From assembly GCA_964452165.1 (NCBI GenBank), contig CAYVKP010000001.1, forward strand, positions 268,110-332,109: a stretch of DNA of 64,000 bases. Reading direction: 5' to 3'. The notes under the pieces were generated by a model that ran no database searches, was not told the origin of the DNA, and saw only the letters and a program-made list of their open reading frames with translations. Positions 19,940-30,113 of the stretch are shown one piece after another; position 1 is the stretch's first letter; every line of letters starts with the position of its first letter. Made by a program: the position numbers and the translations under genes. Origin of the DNA: an uncultured Gammaproteobacteria bacterium. Its GTDB lineage: Bacteria > Patescibacteriota > Microgenomatia > Levybacterales > GWA1-39-11.

Positions 19940-21703
19940 ATGATAGCTCTTCTTTTCTTTGCTTTCTTGTCCGGTCTCGTAACGATAGCCGCACCTTGTA
20001 TTTGGCCACTTTTGCCAATAGTTCTAACATCTTCAAGTCTAACAGGCGACCACAGAAGACCGTTGGGGCTTACCATAGGAGTTCTTGTAAGTTTTGGTAT
20101 TTTGACCCTGACCCTATCTTACTTGGTTAGTATTTTCCGTTTCGACACAAACATTTTAAGAGTTGTTGCGGTAGTCATTTTATTATTTTTGGGCTTGACA
20201 CTTATCATTCCCGTACTGACCAGGATTGTCGAGGGATTTGTCTCAAGAATTGCAGGAAGATTCGGCTCAACAAACACTAATGGAGGTTTTATTCCAGGCT
20301 TTATCTCAGGCCTTGCATTAGGAGTTGTTTGGGCTCCCTGCGCCGGACCAATTCTTGCAACCATAGCAACCCTTGCTGCGACCCGTTCGGTTTCATCTCA
20401 AATCATTCTTATAACTATTGCGTATCTTGTTGGAATAGGAATTCCTCTTTTCATTTTTGCTTACGCGGGACAGCGAATAATTCAAAAAAGCAGATTTTTT
20501 AATAAGTACACCGCAACTGTCCAGAAAATTTTCGGTTTGATAATAATTCTTACTGCTGTTTTAATTTTTACAAATTATGACAAGGTTATTGAAGCAAATC
20601 TTCTTAACGTTTTTCCGTCTTACTCCAACTTCCTAAATAGTATAGAGGGAAATAGCATTGTCTCAAAAGAGCTTAATCGGTTGAAAGGTGGAAGCGGTAA
20701 GGACGTTGTTGGAAAACCCTTCAACCCAATGGGAGATAGTAACTCTGATCTTTTTAACGCAAATTATCCTGCACCTCAACTTAAGGGTGTATCAGCTTGG
20801 CTAAATCTTTCGGAAGGACAAAATTCGTTATCTATAAAATCACTCAGGGGAAAGGTCGTTTTAGTGGATTTTTGGACCTACACATGTATCAACTGTATTC
20901 GGACGTTACCATTTGTGACAAATTGGTACGACAAATATCATGATCAGGGCTTTGTTGTGATAGGGGTGCATACACCTGAATTTGAATTTGAGCATGATAC
21001 CAAAAATGTCAAAGCCGCAATCGAACAATATAAGATTCACTATCCGGTAGCGCAAGACAACGATTACGCAACATGGAATAATTTCAATAATCAATTTTGG
21101 CCGGCGGAATATTTGATTGATGTCAACGGTAACGTTCGCCGAACCCATTTTGGTGAAGGAGAATACGATAAGACCGAAATGGCGATTCGAGAACTACTTA
21201 AAGAGGCAGGCAAAAAGGTTTCTACGGGACTTTCTGATATGCCGGATCAAACACCCAGAAACCAAATATCTCCCGAGACATACATTGGCGCAAAAAGAAT
21301 GGAATTTTATTATCCAAACGGACGAGTTAATCCCGATTCTTATAAAAACTTAAAACCATCTTCGGACATTGCAGTAAATTCTTTTACATTGGGTGGGGAC
21401 TGGATAATTTCCGATGAATATTCAGAAACAGGACTCGCTGCAGTTCTTGATTACAATTTTTCGGCAAGCAAGGTTTACCTCGTGATGAAGCCATCAGTCA
21501 GTGGGCCAGGCAGAGTCAGAGTATTAATTGACGGCAAGGTTATAGACGATACAATTGCCGGGTCAGATGTCAGGAATGGCTTTGTAAATGTTGACTTAGA
21601 CCGCTTATATAATCTTGTTAATCTGAAAAATGGTCCGGAAAATCATCTCCTAAGAATAGAATTTTCCCCGGGCGTTCAGGTATTTGCTTTCACATTCGGT
21701 TAG
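19940..21703 (+). CDS. dipZ: DipZ-like protein (CcdA/DsbD TM domain + thioredoxin + C-terminal beta domain)
   Basis: APCIWPLLP, WAPCAGPIL, DFWTYTCINC, GVHTPEFEFE, HFGEGEY, FTFG end. Confidence 0.9.
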   Translation: MIALLFFAFLSGLVTIAAPCIWPLLPIVLTSSSLTGDHRRPLGLTIGVLVSFGILTLTLSYLVSIFRFDTNILRVVAVVILLFLGLTLIIPVLTRIVEGFVSRIAGRFGSTNTNGGFIPGFISGLALGVVWAPCAGPILATIATLAATRSVSSQIILITIAYLVGIGIPLFIFAYAGQRIIQKSRFFNKYTATVQKIFGLIIILTAVLIFTNYDKVIEANLLNVFPSYSNFLNSIEGNSIVSKELNRLKGGSGKDVVGKPFNPMGDSNSDLFNANYPAPQLKGVSAWLNLSEGQNSLSIKSLRGKVVLVDFWTYTCINCIRTLPFVTNWYDKYHDQGFVVIGVHTPEFEFEHDTKNVKAAIEQYKIHYPVAQDNDYATWNNFNNQFWPAEYLIDVNGNVRRTHFGEGEYDKTEMAIRELLKEAGKKVSTGLSDMPDQTPRNQISPETYIGAKRMEFYYPNGRVNPDSYKNLKPSSDIAVNSFTLGGDWIISDEYSETGLAAVLDYNFSASKVYLVMKPSVSGPGRVRVLIDGKVIDDTIAGSDVRNGFVNVDLDRLYNLVNLKNGPENHLLRIEFSPGVQVFAFTFG

Positions 21704-21774
21704 CTCACAATCTTCTTACCTGTTTATCACCTTATTTTAGGTTTAAATATACAAACATTTGTTAAACTTCCAAT

Positions 21775-22332
21775 ATGGTAAATTCTGGAGTTTTATTTAG
21801 TAAAAGACAAGCGGATTCTGCCCCGATGAACAAAAACGATGGAGCAAAAAGAATAAGTTCGGAGAAAGCCCAGGAATGGTTTGAAGAAGCTGAAAAAGAA
21901 CACGTTAAAGAACATCTTTCAAATCAGCAAAAATTCTACGACTTAGTCCGGGAGTCGGCCAGGATCCTATTTCAAGCAAAATCCATTTTTCCATTTGATC
22001 TCTTCCCGGACGAGATTAGCATAGATCCTATTAAAGTGAATATTGTTTCTCATGAATTTTTTGCGTCAGCCAGAGTTCACTGCATTTATATTAAAAATAT
22101 CTCTGATGTATTTGTGGATTGTTCACCGTTTTTTGCGTCCCTTAAGATAATTGACCAGGGATTTACGGAAAATGAGGAGATAGTTACGACGCTCAGTAAA
22201 GATAATGCCATGAAAGCTCGCCGCATCATACAGGGCTTAGTAGTTGCACATAAGCAGGGAGTGGATGTTACGCGTCTCGAGCAAGATACGGATTTGGTTG
22301 AAAAGCTCGAGGCTTTGGGTGATGCCAAATAA
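21775..22332 (+). CDS. Conserved hypothetical protein (possible PH-like fold, CPR-type)
   Basis: FPFDLFPDEI...FFASLKI...ARRIIQGL pattern, recalled from CPR hypothetical proteins. Confidence 0.65.
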   Translation: MVNSGVLFSKRQADSAPMNKNDGAKRISSEKAQEWFEEAEKEHVKEHLSNQQKFYDLVRESARILFQAKSIFPFDLFPDEISIDPIKVNIVSHEFFASARVHCIYIKNISDVFVDCSPFFASLKIIDQGFTENEEIVTTLSKDNAMKARRIIQGLVVAHKQGVDVTRLEQDTDLVEKLEALGDAK

Positions 22333-22338
22333 TACTAC

Positions 22339-22398
22339 TTGACGAAGCTTTAAAAATGCTGTATATTTATCTTCGCACCTGAAGGTGTTTTTATTTTG
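22339..22398 (+). promoter_or_regulatory. tuf promoter and 5' hairpin/U-tract leader
   Basis: TTGACG (22339-44), 17 nt, TATATT (22362-67); small GCACC..GGTGT hairpin, then TTTTATTTTG. Confidence 0.55.
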
Positions 22399-22403
22399 TA
22401 AAC

Positions 22404-23585
22404 ATGGCTGGCGTATTTAATAGAACTAAACCACACGTAAACATCGGAACAATTGGTCACGTTGATCACGGAAAGACTACATTGACTTCCGCTATAACTA
22501 CTGTTTTGGCAAAGAAAGGCCTTGCCGAGGCCAGAAAATACGAAGACATTGATAATGCCCCAGAAGAAAAAGCTCGTGGAGTCACGATTAACATTTCCCA
22601 TCAAGAGTACGAGACAGAAAAAAGGCACTACGCACACATTGATGCCCCAGGACACGCGGATTACGTCAAGAATATGATCACAGGTGCTGCGCAAATGGAT
22701 GGAGCAATCCTAGTAGTCTCAGCAGCAGATGGACCGATGCCTCAAACAAGAGAACACATTCTTCTTGCTCGCCAGGTTGGAGTTCCAGCAATCGTGGTCT
22801 TCCTCAACAAGGTTGACATGGTTTCAGACCCAGAATTGATAGATTTGGTTGAAATGGAAGTTCGCGAACTCCTTACGAAATACCAATATCCAGGAAATGA
22901 TGTACCAATTGTTAAGGGATCAGCCTTGAAAGCAACTCAGGGAGATGCAGAAGCGGAAGCTCAAATAATGGAACTTATGGATAAGGTTGATGAGTATATC
23001 CCAACTCCAACACGTGACCTTGATAAGCCATTCTTAATGCCGGTTGAAGACGTCTTTTCAATTAAAGGCCGCGGAACTGTTGTTACCGGCCGCGTAGAGC
23101 GCGGACAGGCAAAAGTTAACGAAACAGTTGCTATTATTGGAATCAAACCTACAAAAGAAACCGTTATTACAGGAATAGAAGCTTTTAGAAAGACCCTTGA
23201 AGACGCCCAAGCTGGAGATAATGCAGGACTCTTGCTCCGTGGAATTGAGAAAAAAGATGTTGAGCGTGGTCAGGTTGTTGCAAAACCAGGTTCAATTACT
23301 CCCCACACTGAATTTGAAGCAGAGGTTTATGTTTTGACAAAAGAAGAGGGTGGACGACACACGCCATTCTTTAAAGGATACCGCCCACAATTTTACATCA
23401 GAACAACTGATGTAACCGGTGAAATAATCTTGCAAGAAGGCGTTGAGATGGTAATGCCGGGAGACAATACAAAAATGACTGCAAAACTTATAGTTCCCAT
23501 TGCACTTGAAGAGGGAATGAGATTTGCTATCCGTGAGGGTGGAAAAACAGTAGGCGCAGGAGTTATAACAAAAGTTATAGCTTAA
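22404..23585 (+). CDS. tuf: Elongation factor Tu
   Basis: [34 protein letters not shown]. Confidence 0.99.
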   Translation: MAGVFNRTKPHVNIGTIGHVDHGKTTLTSAITTVLAKKGLAEARKYEDIDNAPEEKARGVTINISHQEYETEKRHYAHIDAPGHADYVKNMITGAAQMDGAILVVSAADGPMPQTREHILLARQVGVPAIVVFLNKVDMVSDPELIDLVEMEVRELLTKYQYPGNDVPIVKGSALKATQGDAEAEAQIMELMDKVDEYIPTPTRDLDKPFLMPVEDVFSIKGRGTVVTGRVERGQAKVNETVAIIGIKPTKETVITGIEAFRKTLEDAQAGDNAGLLLRGIEKKDVERGQVVAKPGSITPHTEFEAEVYVLTKEEGGRHTPFFKGYRPQFYIRTTDVTGEIILQEGVEMVMPGDNTKMTAKLIVPIALEEGMRFAIREGGKTVGAGVITKVIA

Positions 23586-23625
23586 AATTAGCACTTTTTA
23601 CAATTTTTTATTCGATTTATTGCTT

Positions 23626-23653
23626 AAAGCCTACCGTTCAGTGGGCTTTTTTT
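23626..23653 (+). terminator. Intrinsic terminator-like hairpin between tuf and rpsJ
   Basis: AAAGCCTAC-CGTTCA-GTGGGCTTT, with the T run continuing after the stem. Confidence 0.65.
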
Positions 23654-23666
23654 GTTTTAAAGACAT

Positions 23667-23978
23667 ATGGCAGCAAAAGGAAGAATTAGAGTACGTTTAA
23701 AATCATATGATTCAAGGATCATAGATTCAACGTGTCAACAAATACTTGATACAGCAATTAGAACTGGCGCAAAAGTTGCCGGTCCTATCCCTTTGCCTAC
23801 AAAAAGAACAGTTTTTACAGTCAATAAGTCTCCTTTTATTGAAAAAGATCATAGAGATCACTTTCAGCTCAAAACTCACAAGAGACTCATTGATATTTTA
23901 AATCCTACAGATAAAACCATCGAATCTCTTATACATCTTGACTTACCAGCAGGAGTGGATGTCGAGATTAAGATGTAG
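23667..23978 (+). CDS. rpsJ: 30S ribosomal protein uS10
   Basis: [33 protein letters not shown]. Confidence 0.99.
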   Translation: MAAKGRIRVRLKSYDSRIIDSTCQQILDTAIRTGAKVAGPIPLPTKRTVFTVNKSPFIEKDHRDHFQLKTHKRLIDILNPTDKTIESLIHLDLPAGVDVEIKM

Positions 23979-23979
23979 T

Positions 23980-24906
23980 TTAGGGGAGCTCAAGCTCTAC
24001 CTGAATGTGTTTGACGGTTGGAATTTCATCTCTAATTTTCTCCTTAACTTTATCAATAATTTTTGCAATCTCCTCTGTCTTCATGTCTTGATCCATAGAT
24101 ACTTCCATATTCACAAGCAGTCTATCCGAGCCTATGTGCATAGTTTTAAGGTCAAGCACTTTTTTAATCTCCGGTAGTGAAAGTGAAACTTTTTTTATTC
24201 TCTTTAAGGTTTCGTCTGAAGCGCTTTTTCCAATGAGCAGATCTCTAATTCCAAGAATCAATAAAAAGCCGAAAATAATAAGGATTATGCCAATTCCTAT
24301 GGCACCAATCCCATCCAATCTCTTATCACCGGTTAATTGATAGAGAATTAATGCTACAAGACCTACGAGAGATGCTGAAGTGCCAACAAAATCCAGCACA
24401 AACGTGGTTTTAGTCTCAATCAAAGACGACCTTAAGAAAGCATACAAGATGCTTCCGATATGTGTTTTACTGCGAAGTCTTTTATAACTCAAACGGAAGG
24501 CATAAGCGTTTGTAAGAGTTGTTAAGATTAGAACTGCGTATGTTGCTGGTAAATTGTGAATTGTTCGAGGATTAAAGAATCTTTGTAAACCAAAATAGAT
24601 AGAAAAAGTGGAAGTTATTCCTATTATTATCACGGCTGATAGGAAAGTCCAAAAATATACTTCACGGCCGTATCCGAAAGGGAAATACTTATTTGCTCTT
24701 GATTTTGCTCTTTGAACTCCCAGAACTAATGCTCCCGAGGCTACCAAATCTGCAATTCCCTCCAGCACCTCAGTTGCCATTATTACGCTCCCCGACATAA
24801 TTGCGACTCCAAGGCTAAGTAAAATATCGGAGATATCCACAATAAGAGACGTTATGACTACCGTTCTGGCCGATGGCAGCTTCTTTTTTATCGCTTTTTT
24901 CCTCAC
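23980..24906 (-). CDS. Cation diffusion facilitator (CDF) family transporter
   Basis: About 6 TM helices, FPFGYGREVYFW, LDGIGAIGIG, cytoplasmic dimerisation domain. Confidence 0.9.
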   Translation of the reverse strand: MRKKAIKKKLPSARTVVITSLIVDISDILLSLGVAIMSGSVIMATEVLEGIADLVASGALVLGVQRAKSRANKYFPFGYGREVYFWTFLSAVIIIGITSTFSIYFGLQRFFNPRTIHNLPATYAVLILTTLTNAYAFRLSYKRLRSKTHIGSILYAFLRSSLIETKTTFVLDFVGTSASLVGLVALILYQLTGDKRLDGIGAIGIGIILIIFGFLLILGIRDLLIGKSASDETLKRIKKVSLSLPEIKKVLDLKTMHIGSDRLLVNMEVSMDQDMKTEEIAKIIDKVKEKIRDEIPTVKHIQVELELP

Positions 24907-24974
24907 GAGAGAAGTATATCAGATGAGGTGAATAATTTTTGTGTGATAGCTAACAAATCAAACCAACGCCAGCC

Positions 24975-25101
24975 TTGCAATTGAGGCGAAAACATTATAT
25001 AATCTTCTTTTGCATGTCCAAACTATTGATAGTATCTTTAGTTACATAATTCGAGATCAATCCCTGGGACATTAGGAAGGCGACTCTCGAGTCGCTTTTT
25101 T
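24975..25101 (+). promoter_or_regulatory. rplC promoter with structured leader and terminator
   Basis: TTGCAA (24975-80), 17 nt, TATAAT (24998-25003); ATGTCC/GGACAT and ATTGAT/ATCAAT stems; GCGACT-CTCG-AGTCGC followed by T6. Confidence 0.65.
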
Positions 25102-25110
25102 GTTGCTTTT

Positions 25111-26004
25111 ATGAACTTACAAAGTTTGTTAGGAACTAAAATCGCTCAGACACAAGGTTTTTTGGAAGACGGGACTCGCGTTCCGCTTTCCGTTATTAAC
25201 GTTGGCGGAAACGTGGTCTCCCAAATTAAAACAGCGGACCACGAAGGTTACAACGCTCTCCAACTCGGGTTTGGTAATAAGCGTCCCAACAAAGCAAATC
25301 TCGGACACATCAAAAAAGCGGGGCTAGAAGAAAAATCACCTCGCTTTTTTCGTGAAGTGAGAGCGGACGAACTTCCCGAGAATGCTCTCGGTAGCGAAAT
25401 TGCTCCTCAGGAAGTTTTCGAACCGGGAGATATAATCGACGTAATTGGAACCTCCAAAGGTAAAGGCTATGCTGGAGTTGTCAAAAGACATGGTTTTCAT
25501 GGAGGGCCAAAGACTCATGGTCAATCAGACCGTCATCGTGCTCCGGGATCGTCGGGTCAAGGTACAACTCCGGGGAGAGTTTATAAAGGAAAAAGAATGT
25601 CCGGAAGAATGGGAAATGCTCATGTTACAGTTAAAAATCTTGAAGTTTTAGATATTCAAGGAGATACGATTTTTGTTCGAGGACTTGTCCCGGGAATCCG
25701 CGGAGGATTAGTAGTTTTGCGAAAAGTCGGAAAGAATAAAAAGTTTATGCCTTTATATTCTGATAAGAAGGAAGAGCTTGAGGCAAAAGTAGAACCCGTA
25801 GCGGAAATTGCAACCGCCCAGGAAAATGTTATGGAAGCTATTGAAAAGGTTGAAACTTCCGAGGAAAAAGTAGAAACAGCTCAGGAAGCTGTGACCACTC
25901 CCGAAGAAAACGTTGTAGTTGAGGGTTCAGAATCTTCAGAAAAACAAGAAGCTGAAAATGTAGAAAACGAAGAAATGAAAGGAGAAGAAAATGCCAGCAA
26001 GTAA
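25111..26004 (+). CDS. rplC: 50S ribosomal protein uL3 with acidic C-terminal extension
   Basis: SKGKGYAGVVKRH, THGQSDRHRAPGS, PGRVYKGKRMSGRMG. Confidence 0.98.
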   Translation: MNLQSLLGTKIAQTQGFLEDGTRVPLSVINVGGNVVSQIKTADHEGYNALQLGFGNKRPNKANLGHIKKAGLEEKSPRFFREVRADELPENALGSEIAPQEVFEPGDIIDVIGTSKGKGYAGVVKRHGFHGGPKTHGQSDRHRAPGSSGQGTTPGRVYKGKRMSGRMGNAHVTVKNLEVLDIQGDTIFVRGLVPGIRGGLVVLRKVGKNKKFMPLYSDKKEELEAKVEPVAEIATAQENVMEAIEKVETSEEKVETAQEAVTTPEENVVVEGSESSEKQEAENVENEEMKGEENASK

Positions 26005-26722
26005 AGTTAAAAGTTCTGTTAAAACAGTAAAGCCGGTAAGTCCAGCCAAGGCAGACTTGAGTTCAACGCCAAAATCTGGAGGTTTAAGCTTGTCTGTATA
26101 TAGTCTAAAAGGCGAAAAGAAAGGCTCTGTAACGCTTTCAAAAGAAGTTTTTGGAGCAAGGGTTAATCCTTCTCTTATGGCACAAGCGGTTCGTGTTTAC
26201 TTGGTTAATCAAAGACAAGGTAATGCCTCAACAAAAACGAGAGGAGAAATCCATGCTTCAACTAAAAAAATATACAGGCAAAAAGGGACAGGACGTGCAA
26301 GACACGGTGCGATATCAGCCCCAATTTTTGTAGGCGGTGGAGTTGCTCTTGGACCCCATCCTAGAATTTTTGAATTGAAATTATCAAAAGCAATGAAAAG
26401 AAAAGCTCTTTTTTCAGCGCTTTCAGAGAAGCTTTCAGCAAACGGAATATTTGTTGTAGATGTTGATCAGGCAAGCGGTAAAACAAAGGAAATTGCTGGA
26501 CTTTTGAAAACATTAAACGTTTTGAACAAAAAAGATTCAAATATTCTGTTTATAGCAGGAGATAAAACTGAAGCTAAAAAGGCGGCAAGAAATATAAGAG
26601 GAGTAATCGCTGAAGCAGTTCATAGTCTAAATACATTCACGGTCTTGAATAGCAAGTCGCTGGTATTTGCAAAAGACGCGGTCGAAAAAATTGAGAGCAT
26701 TTATCTTAAAAAATTAGCATGA
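25991..26722 (+). CDS. rplD: 50S ribosomal protein uL4
   Basis: RQGNASTKTRGE, RQKGTGRARHG. Confidence 0.98.
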   Translation: MPASKVKSSVKTVKPVSPAKADLSSTPKSGGLSLSVYSLKGEKKGSVTLSKEVFGARVNPSLMAQAVRVYLVNQRQGNASTKTRGEIHASTKKIYRQKGTGRARHGAISAPIFVGGGVALGPHPRIFELKLSKAMKRKALFSALSEKLSANGIFVVDVDQASGKTKEIAGLLKTLNVLNKKDSNILFIAGDKTEAKKAARNIRGVIAEAVHSLNTFTVLNSKSLVFAKDAVEKIESIYLKKLA

Positions 26723-27045
26723 AACATTTATCAAATTTTATTATAAAACCAATAATTTCTGAAAAATCATATGATGAAGCGAAGAAAAATAGGTACACAT
26801 TCGTAGTTGCAAGACAAGCGACAAAAATCGATGTCAAAAATGCTATCGAAAAAATTTTCAAAGTCAACGTCACAGGAGTCTCTACAATAAATGTTAAGGG
26901 TACAAAAGTAAGAAATACAAGAACGGGGAAAAAAATACTCGACGCATCATATAAAAAAGCAAGGGTTGCACTAGCACAAGGGCAAAAAATTGAGATTTTT
27001 GAAGAGAAAACAGAAGACAAGAAAGATAAAAAAGATAAGAAATAA
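26719..27045 (+). CDS. rplW: 50S ribosomal protein uL23
   Basis: IIKPIISEKS, YKKARVAL; position in the operon. Confidence 0.96.
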   Translation: MKHLSNFIIKPIISEKSYDEAKKNRYTFVVARQATKIDVKNAIEKIFKVNVTGVSTINVKGTKVRNTRTGKKILDASYKKARVALAQGQKIEIFEEKTEDKKDKKDKK

Positions 27046-27046
27046 T

Positions 27047-27787
27047 ATGTCAAAAAAACTTAAGCACTTACTTAAAAAACAGTCAGGTAGAGACGCTACG
27101 GGAAAGTTAGTGGTTCGTCATCAGGGCGGCCGCAGCAAGCGTTTTTATCGGGCAGTTGATTTTAAGCGAGACAAAATTAATGTTGAAGGAGTCGTAATTG
27201 CTATGGAATATGATCCAAATAGATCCGCGGATCTTGCCATTGTTACATACAAAGACGGCGAGAAGAGATACATCTTGGCGCCACTTAACATGAAAATTGG
27301 AGACAAGGTTATGTCAGGACCTGCCGCAGATGTGAGAGCTGGTAATACTTTGCCACTTGAAAATGTTCCGGTAGGGCAAGCAATTCACAATGTAGAGCTT
27401 ACTCGTGGAAAAGGTGGACAGATTGCTCGTTCAGCCGGAGATGCAGCCTATGTTATGGCAAAAGAAGATGGATACGCTCATGTTAGAATGCCAAGTGGCG
27501 AAATAAGAAAGATACTTGCGACAAATTTTGCTACAATTGGACAACTTGCAAAAGTCGAATGGAAAGATAGGGTTTTGGGTAAAGCGGGAGCATCACGCCA
27601 TGCCGGAATAAGACCAACAGTAAGAGGAGTTGCAATGAATCCGTCATCTCACCCTCATGGTGGAGGAGAGGGACGTTCGGGAATCGGAATGCCATCACCA
27701 AAAACTTATGCGGGTAGAAAAGCGGTTGGAAAAACGAGATCAAAAAAGAAATATTCAAATAAGTTTATTATAAAAAGGAGAAAATAA
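27047..27787 (+). CDS. rplB: 50S ribosomal protein uL2 (N-terminally short)
   Basis: [32 protein letters not shown]; ATG 1 nt after the rplW stop. Confidence 0.98.
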   Translation: MSKKLKHLLKKQSGRDATGKLVVRHQGGRSKRFYRAVDFKRDKINVEGVVIAMEYDPNRSADLAIVTYKDGEKRYILAPLNMKIGDKVMSGPAADVRAGNTLPLENVPVGQAIHNVELTRGKGGQIARSAGDAAYVMAKEDGYAHVRMPSGEIRKILATNFATIGQLAKVEWKDRVLGKAGASRHAGIRPTVRGVAMNPSSHPHGGGEGRSGIGMPSPKTYAGRKAVGKTRSKKKYSNKFIIKRRK

Positions 27788-28071
27788 TGTCAAGATCATC
27801 TAAAAAAGGACCATACATTGACGAGAAATTAATGAAAAAAGTACAGACTCAAAAGACGTCGGGAGATAGAGCTGCAATAAAAACCTGGGCTCGCGCTTGC
27901 CAAATCCCGCCTGACTTTGTTGGGCACACGTTTTTAGTTCACAACGGAAAAAATCACATTACCGTAAAAGTTGTTGAAAATATGGTTGGACACAGACTTG
28001 GAGAATTTGCACCAACAAGAGTCTTTAGAGGACACGGAAGAGTCGTTGCAAGAGAAATATCAAAGACATAG
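27787..28071 (+). CDS. rpsS: 30S ribosomal protein uS19
   Basis: [22 protein letters not shown]. Confidence 0.99.
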   Translation: MSRSSKKGPYIDEKLMKKVQTQKTSGDRAAIKTWARACQIPPDFVGHTFLVHNGKNHITVKVVENMVGHRLGEFAPTRVFRGHGRVVAREISKT

Positions 28072-28081
28072 TAAGAATAAT

Positions 28082-28525
28082 ATGGAATATATAGCAATTG
28101 CAAAAAATATAAAAATTACCCCTCGTAAGGTGAGGTTAATTGCTGCTGGTGTTAAGAAATACAATCTTAACGCTGCCCTATCTGCTTTGACGGTAATGAA
28201 CAAGAGAGCAGCAGGTCCTATAAAAAAGACCTTAGATAGTGCAGTTGCAAATGCAGTTAATAATTTTAAAGTTAAAAAAGAAGATCTCTCAATCAAAGAT
28301 ATAATTATTGAGGAGTCTCTTTCCCTAAAGCGATTTCATTTTGCAGGCCGTGGAAGAACAAGGCCTTACAAAAGACGCTCAAGTCATATAAGAGTTATTC
28401 TTACGGATGGGATAAAAGGGGATAAGAAAATGGTTATTGCAGAGACTAAAGAAGAAGCAAGCAAAGAAGTAGTTGCAGGATCAAAGACAACAAAAACGGC
28501 AGCAAAGAGAGGGGAAATTAAATAA
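28082..28525 (+). CDS. rplV: 50S ribosomal protein uL22
   Basis: ITPRKVRLIA, SAVANA, KRRSSHI. Confidence 0.97.
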   Translation: MEYIAIAKNIKITPRKVRLIAAGVKKYNLNAALSALTVMNKRAAGPIKKTLDSAVANAVNNFKVKKEDLSIKDIIIEESLSLKRFHFAGRGRTRPYKRRSSHIRVILTDGIKGDKKMVIAETKEEASKEVVAGSKTTKTAAKRGEIK

Positions 28526-29163
28526 TGGGACAAAAAGTTAATCCAATAGCTTTAAGACTTGGAATCCACCACGGATTTAAGAGCGTTGGGTATTATTCAA
28601 AAAAGAATTACTCAAAGACAGTTCTATCTGATATTAGAATCAGAGAGGCACTGTTTAAGCGTCTTAAACAAGCGGGTGTCGGAGACATAATAATCGAAAG
28701 GTCTTTATCAAGTATAAAAATAACGATTTTTGTTACAAGACCCGGTATCGTAATAGGTCGTGGGGGAACTGGACTTGAAGAACTAAAAAAGGAGATTGTC
28801 AAAATGCTAGGCATTACAAAGAAAGATAAGAATGCAAAGAAAATTGAACTTAAGGTTGAACCCATTAAGGATCCAAATCTCTCAGCATATCTCGTAGCGG
28901 TTAATATTTCAGATCAATTGATAAGGAGAATGCCTGCAAAAAGAATAATGAAGCAGACAGCTGACAAGGTAAGAGCATCAGGAGCATCAGGAGTAAGAAT
29001 AGTTCTTTCCGGAAGAATTGGAGGAGCAGAAATTGGGAGACGGGAACGTCTTCAGTCAGGAAAAGTATCCCTCTCAACAATAAGAGAAAATATTGATTAT
29101 GCTCAGGTTCCAGCCCTAACAAAAAGTGGATACGTTGGAGTGAAAGTTTGGATAAACAAGTAA
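28525..29163 (+). CDS. rpsC: 30S ribosomal protein uS3
   Basis: MGQKVNP, RPGIVIGRGG, SGRIGGAEI, GVKVWI. Confidence 0.99.
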   Translation: MGQKVNPIALRLGIHHGFKSVGYYSKKNYSKTVLSDIRIREALFKRLKQAGVGDIIIERSLSSIKITIFVTRPGIVIGRGGTGLEELKKEIVKMLGITKKDKNAKKIELKVEPIKDPNLSAYLVAVNISDQLIRRMPAKRIMKQTADKVRASGASGVRIVLSGRIGGAEIGRRERLQSGKVSLSTIRENIDYAQVPALTKSGYVGVKVWINK

Positions 29164-29202
29164 GAGAGTACCCAATCGCGAAGTAGATTGGGCAAAAAAA
29201 AT

Positions 29203-29613
29203 ATGTTAACACCAAGACGAACAAAATATAGAAAACAATTTAAACCCAAGATTCAGGGTGATGTAGCTTATGCTGGGAGCAAGGTCTCTTTTGGAGAATT
29301 TGGTCTTCGAGCGGAAAAGTCGGGAAATGTTTCATCTCGTCAAATCGAGGCTGCAAGAAAGTCTATAACCCACTTTACAAAGCGTGGAGGACGTATTTGG
29401 ATACGAATATTTCCGGATAGACCTATTACCAAAAAGCCACCGGAAACAAGAATGGGTGGAGGAAAAGGAGATATTTTTGAATACGTTGCTCCGGTAAAGC
29501 TTGGTAGAGTTATGTTTGAGATGGCAGGAGTGCCTGAGTCTATCGCTCGCGAAGCATTGAGACTTGCTTCACATAAGTTGCCAATCAAAAGTAGTTTTAT
29601 AAAGAGAGGATAA
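29203..29613 (+). CDS. rplP: 50S ribosomal protein uL16
   Basis: [22 protein letters not shown]. Confidence 0.99.
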   Translation: MLTPRRTKYRKQFKPKIQGDVAYAGSKVSFGEFGLRAEKSGNVSSRQIEAARKSITHFTKRGGRIWIRIFPDRPITKKPPETRMGGGKGDIFEYVAPVKLGRVMFEMAGVPESIAREALRLASHKLPIKSSFIKRG

Positions 29614-29617
29614 TAAA

Positions 29618-29866
29618 ATGAAAAAAAACGAGATAACAGACTTGAAGACAAAAACAATGGATGAGTTGAAAAGAATGCTATCCGATTTTCGTGAAGAAAT
29701 TGATCAAAATAAGAAAGATGCATCTCTTGGGAAAGTTAAAAACAGCAATTTTGTAAAAAATAAAAAGAAAGATATAGCAAGAGTATTGACATTTTTATCT
29801 ATGAAGACTATAGTTGGTAGCCTTGAAAAAGAAGTGAAAGGAGCGGTCCAGGAGGCCGTGAAATAG
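29618..29866 (+). CDS. rpmC: 50S ribosomal protein uL29
   Basis: KKDIARVLT; position in the operon. Confidence 0.9.
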   Translation: MKKNEITDLKTKTMDELKRMLSDFREEIDQNKKDASLGKVKNSNFVKNKKKDIARVLTFLSMKTIVGSLEKEVKGAVQEAVK

Positions 29867-29867
29867 A

Positions 29868-30113
29868 ATGGCAAAAAAAGTATTTACTGGAAAAGTTGTA
29901 TCGAACAAAATGGCAAAAACAATCGTCGTTGAAATTGAACGACTGATTGCTCATCCTATTTACAAAAAAATTGTAAAAAGGACTAGCAGAATTAAAGCCG
30001 ATAAAAACGGAATGGAAGTACCCATGAATGTTTTTGTGAAAATTGAACAGACTAGACCTATAAGCGCTGAAAAAAACTTTAAAGTAATTGAGATTGTGAA
30101 GGAGGATAAATAA
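29868..30113 (+). CDS. rpsQ: 30S ribosomal protein uS17
   Basis: GKVVSNKMAKT, HPIYKK, TRPIS. Confidence 0.97.
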   Translation: MAKKVFTGKVVSNKMAKTIVVEIERLIAHPIYKKIVKRTSRIKADKNGMEVPMNVFVKIEQTRPISAEKNFKVIEIVKEDK

